Assembly (NCBI GenBank): GCA_964451815.1 | Contig: CAYVIW010000076.1 | Span: forward strand, 6,210-70,209 | DNA: 64,000 nt | From: an uncultured Planctomycetia bacterium | GTDB taxonomy: Bacteria > Omnitrophota > Gorgyraeia > Tantalellales > Tantalellaceae | Direction of reading: 5' to 3' | Part shown: in pieces, positions 52,922 to 61,700 of the stretch | Position numbering within the stretch: the stretch's first letter is position 1 | How the letters are laid out: each line of letters starts with the position of its first letter | Notes under the pieces: generated by a model | What the model saw: only the letters and a program-made list of their open reading frames with translations | Told to the model about the DNA's origin: nothing | Databases searched by the model: none | Translations under genes and position numbers: made by a program

Positions 52922-53006
52922 ATCAATAAAAACGCGGGTCCGACTCCGGATCCTTCGCGTTACAAGGCGGGTGAATATCCCCTACCATCACCCGCCTTTG
53001 ATTTTA
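52922..53006 (+). ncRNA. Candidate small RNA, predicted from an orphan promoter and terminator with no ORF between them.
   Basis: On the plus strand, TTGACA (52888-52893), a 16-nt spacer, then TGATAGAAT (extended -10, 52907-52915). About 85 nt downstream is an 11-bp perfect stem (52964-52974 pairing with 52988-52998) followed by a T-tract. Confidence 0.3.
52964..53006 (+). terminator. Strong plus-strand intrinsic terminator: AAGGCGGGTGA, a 13-nt loop, TCACCCGCCTT, then TTTGATTTT.
   Basis: The 11-bp GC-rich perfect stem and U-tract are read directly from the sequence. Confidence 0.55.
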
Positions 53007-53052
53007 ATCATTTTTTAATTTTTTGTCAATATTTTTTTCATCTTTCATCAAG

Positions 53053-53093
53053 TTAACCTGGTTAAATCAACCAGGTTAAAATAACCAGGTTAA
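53053..53093. promoter_or_regulatory. Operator-like repeat array: an 11-bp perfect inverted repeat (TTAACCTGGTT, AAATC, AACCAGGTTAA) followed by a third direct AACCAGGTTAA copy at 14-bp phasing.
   Basis: Lies immediately upstream of the bgl -35 hexamer. The individual arms are themselves near-palindromic. Confidence 0.55.
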
Positions 53094-53104
53094 GATTGGG
53101 CGCT

Positions 53105-53132
53105 TGATAGTCCGCATAACTAAGTGTATAAT
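53105..53132 (+). promoter_or_regulatory. Promoter candidate (TTGATA, 16 nt, TATAAT) for the beta-glucosidase, implying a leaderless transcript.
   Basis: The -10 ends 6 nt before the ATG at 53139, and there is no room for a Shine-Dalgarno sequence. Confidence 0.45.
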
Positions 53133-53138
53133 CGTGTT

Positions 53139-54413
53139 ATGGGTGCTAATTCTGACAGGTTTCCAGGCGGGTTTTTATGGGGAGCGTCTACTTCGGCTTA
53201 CCAGGTGGAGGGCGGGAACACTTACTGCGACTGGTACGAGTGGGAGGCGGCCGGGAACTCCCAGATGTGCGGCGAGGCCTGCGGCCATTACCGCCTTTAC
53301 CCTGAAGACTTCGCCATGGCGAAAGAACTGGGCCACAATGCCCACCGCCTTGGTCTCGAATGGAGCCGGCTTGAAAAGACCGAAGGCGTGTGGGACAGCG
53401 CCGAATGGGACCATTACAAAAAGGCGCTGGATAAGCTTCTTGAATTCGGGATAGAACCTTTTCTGACCCTCAACCACTTTACTATGCCGCTCTGGCTGTC
53501 AAAAAAGGGAAGCTGGCTGAGCGATGAGTCGCCCTTTTTTTTCGCGCGTTTCGCCGAGAAGGCGTCACGCGAACTGGGCAGCCGCGTAAAATACTGGATA
53601 ACCATCAACGAACCCAACATACTTGCCACTCTCGCCTACTTCTGGGGGCAGTGGCCGCCCTGCCACAAGGATTTCAGCGAAACTCAAACCGTCCTCATTA
53701 ACATGCTGAAAGGCCATGCCCTGTCATACGCGGCTATAAAAGGATCCTCATCCGAAGGCGTAAAGCCTCTTGTGGGTGTGGCGAAAGCCGTGACAGCGTT
53801 CCACCCCTGCCGCCGTTCATCTCTTCAGGACCGTCTGGCGGCACATCGGAGAGACCGTTTCCATAACCATAGTTTCATATCGTCACTTCTCAGCGGACGC
53901 GTGGAACTGGCCGGAAGGAAAGAAAAACTGCCCGGCGCGGGAACGCTTGACTTTATCGGTCTCAATTACTATTTCAGGCAGTTCATACGCAATGACCGGC
54001 CTTTTTCTAAAGACCCCTTCGGCGAGGTTTGTTCCACCAGCCACCATCCGGGCTCGGGCGCAATAACCGATATGGGCTGGGAAATATATCCCCGCGGGCT
54101 CTATGAAGTAGTGAAAAGTTTCAGCAGATACCGCCTGCCTCTTTTTGTGACAGAGAACGGCATAGCCACAAGAGATGACGACACCAGAAAAGATTATATA
54201 AAAAACCATCTTCTAGCGCTTCTTAAAGCCATCAGCGAGGGCTCTCCAGTTAAAGGATATCTCCACTGGTCTCTTCTTGATAACTTTGAGTGGGATTCGG
54301 GATACAGCAAAAAGTTCGGGCTTGTAGAGGTGGACTTCGACACACAGAAACGAACTATCCGCGACTCGGCAAGATACTACAGCCAGGTTATCCGATCGGG
54401 AGAGGTGTTATAG
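53139..54413 (+). CDS. Glycoside hydrolase family 1 beta-glucosidase.
   Basis: GH1 signatures: FLWGASTSAYQVEG, the acid/base catalytic motif ITINEP and the nucleophile motif VTENG. There is no signal peptide. This is the only plus-strand gene in the window. Confidence 0.9.
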   Translation: MGANSDRFPGGFLWGASTSAYQVEGGNTYCDWYEWEAAGNSQMCGEACGHYRLYPEDFAMAKELGHNAHRLGLEWSRLEKTEGVWDSAEWDHYKKALDKLLEFGIEPFLTLNHFTMPLWLSKKGSWLSDESPFFFARFAEKASRELGSRVKYWITINEPNILATLAYFWGQWPPCHKDFSETQTVLINMLKGHALSYAAIKGSSSEGVKPLVGVAKAVTAFHPCRRSSLQDRLAAHRRDRFHNHSFISSLLSGRVELAGRKEKLPGAGTLDFIGLNYYFRQFIRNDRPFSKDPFGEVCSTSHHPGSGAITDMGWEIYPRGLYEVVKSFSRYRLPLFVTENGIATRDDDTRKDYIKNHLLALLKAISEGSPVKGYLHWSLLDNFEWDSGYSKKFGLVEVDFDTQKRTIRDSARYYSQVIRSGEVL

Positions 54414-54429
54414 TAGACTCTACTTCCTT

Positions 54430-55371
54430 TCAGGCGAATATTCTCTCGTATTCCGCCTGTATCAGATCAAGCTCCTGGGTGCTGAGCTCAAGTTCCACCG
54501 CGCTCACATTATCCTTGAGCTGATCCGAAGTACGGCAGCCCACTATGCAGGATGGCACTATCGCGCGTGCCAGGACCCACTTTATCGCGACATGCGATAC
54601 CTGCGCTCCGCGCTCATCGGCTATTTCCTTGAGCACCGATACCATCTTTTTCGCCTTGCTCCAGTTAGGCTCCTTGTAGAACTGATAGAAAAAATCCTTA
54701 ACGTCACCTTTTTTTATCTCGGGAGGGTCGTTATATTTACCGGTGAGTATGCCGCCCCCCAGCGGGCCATATGGCAGTATGGAGATGCCTTTTTCTTCGC
54801 AGAAAGGCATCAGCTCACTTTCTATCCGCCTGTCCAGAAGCGAGTACTGGACCTGGTTGGTCTCTATCTTAGCGTATTCCATAGCCTTGGCGGTTTGCTT
54901 TTTGTCAAAATTGGATACGCCTATATGCCGTATCTTACCTTCTCTAACGAATTTATTGAGTTCGTCAAAAGTTTCCTTATAAGGCGTGGTGTCACTGGGC
55001 CAGTGGCACTGGTAAAGATCTATTGTCTCCACACCAAGGCGCCTCAGGGAGTTTTCAAGGTCCTTCCTGATAAACGCCGGACTCAGATCGACAGCTAATG
55101 CCCCGTCTTTTATCTTGAGCCCGCATTTTGTCGCTATCACAAGTCCTTCTCTCTTGCCTTTAATGGCCCGGCCTATTACCTCCTCGGACCTTCCGCTACC
55201 GTAAATGGGAGCGGTGTCTATAAAGTTCACACCGCTCTCAACGGCTTCCTCCACAACCCTCTGGGAAACCTTGTCGTCTACCTCCCCCCAGCAATCGCCT
55301 CCGAACACCCATGTGCCCAGACATATCTCCGACACTTCAAATCCCGTATCACCAAGTTTTTTGTATTTCAT
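54430..55371 (-). CDS. Aldo/keto reductase.
   Basis: AKR fold; I placed the start at MKYKKLGDTGFEVSEICLGTW. Confidence 0.85.
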   Translation of the reverse strand: MKYKKLGDTGFEVSEICLGTWVFGGDCWGEVDDKVSQRVVEEAVESGVNFIDTAPIYGSGRSEEVIGRAIKGKREGLVIATKCGLKIKDGALAVDLSPAFIRKDLENSLRRLGVETIDLYQCHWPSDTTPYKETFDELNKFVREGKIRHIGVSNFDKKQTAKAMEYAKIETNQVQYSLLDRRIESELMPFCEEKGISILPYGPLGGGILTGKYNDPPEIKKGDVKDFFYQFYKEPNWSKAKKMVSVLKEIADERGAQVSHVAIKWVLARAIVPSCIVGCRTSDQLKDNVSAVELELSTQELDLIQAEYERIFA

Positions 55372-55494
55372 AGTTTGCCTCCCTGTGATCAATATTATAC
55401 ACCACATCCGCGGAGAATGTGAAAACCGCCATGAAAAAAGTAGCACTATACCACAGACGCTTTATCCAACTCACACAACTACAATAAGTTGCGA

Positions 55495-55561
55495 CCTAAA
55501 CATGGGTGAACGCTCCCACTGCCGATCTATGATAAAAATGACAGGAATACCCATGTTTAGG
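55495..55561. repeat. 13-bp perfect inverted repeat pair (CCTAAACATGGGT and ACCCATGTTTAGG) separated by 41 bp, with a third partial copy at 55581-55590.
   Basis: Read directly from the sequence. It lies in the 376-bp gap between the aldo/keto reductase start and the stop of the giant gene. Confidence 0.6.
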
Positions 55562-55747
55562 TCACAAGTCCTTCAAAATAGGATGTTTAGATAAAGCGTC
55601 CTTAGGTTCAAGTAACTAGTGCAACACCCGTAGTCTGTTATAATGGCAGATGAAAGGAGTTGCTTATGAATAAAAATGGGGGCACGTTAAAAGGTTAATT
55701 TTCCAGACGGCACAAGTAGACTCTGGTGTCTGCGGTGTTTTGTGATA

Positions 55748-58700
55748 TTACAGCGAGGTATAGACCGCTTCCATGGCGCTTATGTAGTCCCGTATCTCCT
55801 CGTAGTTTATAAGTGTTATCCTTACAACTAAAGCCCCGGTAAAAAGTTTTGCCAGAAGCTCAGCCGGATTTTCTCTATATTGCGAAACTACCCCCATATC
55901 CAGATAACCGGCTCTTCCGAAATGTTCTATCATCTCACTAGCAAGATAACGCATGAACGGATCGTCCTGTTCCATTCCGAAATGAACCTTCAACCTTGTG
56001 TAGTTAAGAGACTGGGTAGCAAAGTGAAGGAGCCTTGGAATATTCTCAAAATGGCTTGCCGAACCCTCGTTCTGGCTAAAAGACACTTTTATCCGAGACT
56101 TAAAATCTCTGAATTTTTCCGTGTCCAGTAGACTGTTAACTTGGTCCCTTGTTGCCTCATTAACACAGTTTATAAGCGCCGCAGGAAACTGCTTTTCGCT
56201 CTTTAACATCTCATCTATAACACGTTCAAGCATTTTCTCGACCAGTTTTCCGTCAAACGAATGATAAGAAGTGTTGATGCCTTCTCTTGTGTACTTACGC
56301 GACATTTTTCGACCGTATCTCTCGGTGGTACTTTCGGAATAATAGTTGTCATTCTCATTACAGACGATATTGCGCACTCCTTTCCTCACGTTGTCTTGCA
56401 TGAACCTTATTTCTGTAGTAAGGGCCAAGTTGCCAGCTGGATCCATGTGGTCCTGGAGGCCATACAGAAATATACTTGGCCCTATCCGCCCGGCAATGTT
56501 AAAATCAATTTTCTGGTCTCTGATCTTTTCGAAATTATGTTTTATCAGGTTTTCTTCATCTCTTGTAAGTTCGCGTAGCTCTATTTCCTTCTGCGTTTTA
56601 TTAAGTTCGTTGATAAACCCTTCATCCCCTATATTCAAGGCTCTGTCAAAGTCCATAACTCCTCTCTCTATCATGACCTCAAGCCCTATCCTGGGCTCCT
56701 CGCCTACACCTTTGGCAACTGTATGGGCGTTTATCCCGCTCACAGCAAGCCCAGGCGAACCATGTATCATCTCATGCGCCAGCGCCATAGCGTGGGCCTT
56801 CGCTTTGGGGCTTTTCATACCTAAAAGCTCCTGATTAAGATATATAACCCGTTCACCCTCGATGACCCCGAAGTGACCCATGACCCTTTCATCCATGGCT
56901 ATGGCCTTTACAGTTATTTTCTTGTCTGTTATTTCCTGGATGATCTTAAGTATCTCTTTTCTTTCGTCTTCGGTCAGAGTACTCGGAATACCGTCCTTCG
57001 GCTTCATAAGATCTTCCAAAGTCTCGGCCAAACCACTTAGGTCGGGGCTTTCAGGTGTTATACGCACCTTCACCTCGGTACTTACCTCTGCCCCTGGATC
57101 CTTGTGCGACACCACAAGAAAACCGTTTTCCTCTCTTGTGGTAAATCCTTCTGTTTTAAGTTGTCCATCCGACCCCATGAACTTTCCGATATTGCCGGCA
57201 ACTGGGGCTAAATCCGACGCGGCAGGGGACAACAACCTCTCATATTCTTTTCTTTCTAATCTCCCGGGCTTCTCAAAAACCTTAATGTATTTTGGTTCAA
57301 ATATCCAGTCTTCTCCATGATCCGCCAACAATCTCTTGAAATAATTTGCCTTTTGCATTGTTTCGATCAGTTGGTCCGCATGGGCCTCTTTATCCTCGAC
57401 TGTGGCCATGGTGTCCAACCCTGGCAATAAGTATGCACCCATTTCCAACCAAGTGAAAACAGTGCTCCACTCCCCCGGGGCCTTCATTTCCAATAACCCT
57501 GCTTGACCAGTGACGAATCTCCCTTTTTCTTCGGAAAGCTTCTTGTCGGAAAGCTCCTGGTCCAGCCTGTAATGCTCATTAAAAAGACGCATCAACTCTT
57601 CTCTCTGCTCATCTGGAACCTCCAACATATTTGTCGCAAAATGACCTTGTCCACTTAAAAGCACATGCAAAATAAGCTGACCAGTGTCCCTCACATCTAG
57701 CGCTTCTTCCACTCCCCCCTTTTCTACATAATTTTTTGCAAATCGGGCTGCTTTTGGCAGATCCATCTTCTGCTGCTCATGCTGCTGTAGAAATAAACTT
57801 ATATTATCGTGTGCTAGGAGTCCACCTTCTGCAGCTAAAGCCGGATTGATAAAATTGTCAGCGATACTATTCCACATATGACGCGGGTAAACTCCCTCTT
57901 GAGCCAACAGCTGGTAAAACATAGACCAGTCTCTAACTATAAGGCGTTTCTTTCCCTCTGCCTTCTTTTCCTCTGCCTTCTTTTCCTCTGCCAAAATGTG
58001 TTCCCTTAGATAATAAGCCTTCCGGAAAAGGTTATCTATGATCGTGAGCACTTGTTCCTCAGTCGCCTCTTCTCCCTGGGATATTAACTGAGCTACTATA
58101 TCGCCCGCTATATTACCTGCGAGATGGTCAGTTGCCATTTTTTTTATGACTTCTTCAACCCAACCGCCTTCGAATCCGGCCGTCAGAACTACCGCATTTA
58201 TGAGTTCAGGTGTTATTGGGTTTTCGGACGACAAGATCTCATCTATGTCTTCAACACTAGTAGCGCCTATAAATGCTGGTAACAAGCGTTTCTCGAAAGT
58301 ACCGAACAAAAGATCTATCTGTTGCTCAAAGGACAATTCCCCGTGATACCCGTTGTAAAGTAAATACATAAAGAGCTGGCTTACACTGTCTGGTCTTAAG
58401 TCCTCTTTCGGCTTTAACAATTGCTCCATATTGCCGGCATCGATCGGGTCGGACTCCAAAAGATTCAGCAAGTATTCGCTGTCTTCATCGCCTATCATGA
58501 TCCTGCCCGATTCCAACTCTACTGCAATAGCATTAATATATGCCGTCACCTTCTCGACATCTTCCAAACTGCCTATCCTCTCTCCGACCTTTTCCCTTAA
58601 TTGCCCCATGGCTTCTTTGTCTGCGAACCAGCCCCCCAGATAACTCCATGCTTCTTCAAGGTTTCTGCTTTTCAGTTTCTCGATCGTCTCATTTACCGAT

Positions 58701-61700
58701 TTCCTATTAAGTCCAAGTTCCCTAAAATCTGGACCCTCTGCAATATTTTTTAGTTCTTCTAACCACGAATTGATCCGTGTTTCTCCGGCTTCACCTACAA
58801 ACGCCGAATTAAGGTCATTGACCATCTCGGCGGTTACTTCTGGCTCTTCAACTTCTAACAGGTCTCTTAATTTTTTATTCCTCTGGACCTCGTTCATGTT
58901 TTCGCCCTCAGTTAAGGCAATGTACATCGCCCAAATAGCTATCTTACTATTTTTATCCAGACCCGAGATAAGAGCATCTGCCGTGCCCTGTCCAAGAAAT
59001 TTTCTGAACTCAACATTAGCTTTTGCAGAATCCCTTATGATGTCTTTTTCCGGGTCCTCATCAAGAAGAAGCGAAACAAACTTACCCAGGTCACTCAGAA
59101 AAGTATCGTCGCTGTCAGCGGGCGTTTCACCCTTGGAGAGATCTTTTACAGCATTCTTTACTCTGTTATGGTGATCTCCTTCATATTTCTTATCTTCGAG
59201 ATGTTCGCGGAGAGATTTTCCATATGCGATATCGAATATCGTGGTTGCCAGACCGTACAGATCTGTTTTTTGCCCATATATACGGCTCTCTGTAGCTTCT
59301 CTTGGCAACCTTCCCGGTGTCCCCTTCGTTGCCGCCATTTCTACTCCTTTGCCTTCGGGATCATAGAGAGCTATGCCGAAATCCCCCAGTTTAATTTTAG
59401 GGTTTCCCGCATCATCAAGCGTTACAAAAATATTATCAGGCTTGATATCCGCGTGTATAACCCCCTTCTCATGCAAAGATCGAACTATCTGAACAAGCTG
59501 GTGTATTATCTGCTCTTTTTGTCTGGGGTTGAGCTCTCGCCCCTGGGTTTTTAGTTCATCGAGAAAAGACCGAAGGGACTTACCCCCGTGTTCCATAACC
59601 AGATAATCATGCTTTCTGCCATCTGCTCCCTCAAAACTGCCTGACTCAATGATGCCTATTGTGCCTCTATTCCCTGAAAGATACCTCATCACCAATACTT
59701 CTCTTATCCTAGAGACATTGTTCATTAAAAAGTTATTCCCTGTCCCGGCAGGATCGACTACTGTAGCATCGGAATCATAATAATGCTGACGATCGAAGAT
59801 CTTGACCGCTACTTCTTTTTTTTCGTCTCCGATCTTAGCCCCATAAACGGACGCGAACCCGCCTTTGCCCAGAAACCTGTTTTGAAAACGGAACGGATTA
59901 CGGTAAAAATTAAAATCGATTTTATTCCCGGAATACCCCATTATCCATTTCCAGTTTTTAGGTATTTGGGATACTTCAAGGGTTAATTCAGAGCCGATCC
60001 TGGGAGGACTGTCTGACTGCTGGTTTATCAACACGTCTGATAAAACCTGTCCGATCTCCCGATCAGGGAAAAAACCTGTTTCGGAAGATTTTTCGGTTAC
60101 CTCCGGAAAAACTATGGCGCTGAGCAGCTCAAGTTCTGCCTGAAGTTGCTCGTTTGTCATTCTGGTTAGATCCCTGCTGAAAACAATACGGAAAAGGTCC
60201 TCCCATTGTTGAGGCGTAAGCTCGGGTGTTTTAGAGCTAATAACCTTTTTGAGCCATGGGGCCTTCTTCGCGATCGCTTCATCAAGCGTGAGATCTAACG
60301 GGTCCACCGGGGTCTCCACTGCCGGACGCCTAGCCAGATAATCTCTCCGGGCGGTCCGCCTCTCCTCATCGGTCATGGACCAGACAGGTTTGTCCAGAAG
60401 ATCCGGGACCCGGGAAAGATCAACTTCTGTCTCTCCTCTTAAAAAGGCCTCTTCCACTCTCTCCGCGAAAAAATGATCGCCGTATATGCCGGCTATTATT
60501 TCGTGCAGGATCACCGCATCACGCTCATCACCTGTAAGATCGGCATTGATCCTTATTCCTCTCCCACCTGCATGTCCGCGGAAAGAAATGCCCTCTACCG
60601 TCCTCGCCAGGCTTTCACCTTGGCTGTTTTTCCCCACTGCCAGTATATCTATTTCGTCGGCTACAGCACCTAACCCAGCTTCACCAAGCCAATTTTTGAG
60701 CTTCGCCATAATTCCCTCAATATCACCTATGTCATTGAAAGCCCCTTCCGGCAGTTTTTCCATCTCAGCGTCCACATACTGCTGATGTACGGCGTCCATG
60801 AGAGCTCTTCTTGATACCACAACAGGAGAGTCCTCCATGCCCTTTATTTTGACAGAAAGCTCAGTATCGCTTACATCTATGCCGGCTATCCCCGCCTGTA
60901 AAGCTTCAAGTCCCCGTTCCTTTAGTATGAAACTCCGAAGCACGACCGATGTTCTCCAATTATCAAGACCTTCGGCGCCCCAGACATCCTCTCCAAGATT
61001 ATTGAGCATGCTGGCTATCTGCATCATGGAGCTCTGTGCCAGGGCCGAGCTCAACATCTGCTGAATGTCTGCGGTCTGGCCGGCCAAAAGGTCAAAATAC
61101 GGGTTCACATAATCCTTCTCCATGGTGAACTTGGGCATTATGGATACATAAGAATAACCCTGTTCTTCGAAAAGCGCGCAGAGGTTCTCGGTATGGAACC
61201 CTCCTGTCATTATTATTGCCGCTTCCCCTCCCGCCGGGACCTCCGAAAAAAGCATGTTCTCCACAAAAGCCTCATCACGTGCGAACGAATACTCATAGAA
61301 CATCATTATCTCGGCAAGATAATTATCGAGCCGAGAAATCCCCGGGGAGGGTCGTGCGGTAATGCCGTATCTGGGACCTTCTCTCGCGATAAATTTCAGG
61401 AAACGTTCAGCACTAAAAGAATCTTTGTTAGATTTGTAATAGGCAAAATCATTCTTGGTAAGCATTATCTTGAATATATTGTCTGTTAACGCCAGGTTCC
61501 TTGAAAGGATGTCCAGCTCCCTCTCCGTATCGCTGCGGAACAAAGGCTCCTTAACTGCTCTTTCGAGATCATCGAGTTCCTCCATGACCTTGAACCGGTC
61601 CACCGCGTCAAAAAGCGAAACATAAACTATGTAACCCGAAAGGGCCGGATAACCCGAAATATCAAAGCCGCATTCCCGCGCCTTTCCTAGGAGATAGTTA

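Noticed and set aside
52964-52998. The 11-bp hairpin considered as the terminator for the minus-strand secreted-propeller gene.
   Set aside because: In the minus-strand RNA the stem is followed by GUAACGCG rather than a U-tract. The T-tract lies on the plus-strand side, so it is scored as a plus-strand terminator instead.
60700-60800. An LHEIIAG segment in the central part of the giant protein that might be a second HExxH motif.
   Set aside because: The fifth residue is Ala rather than His, so it is not a zincin motif. Only the HEMIH at about 56762-56776 qualifies.
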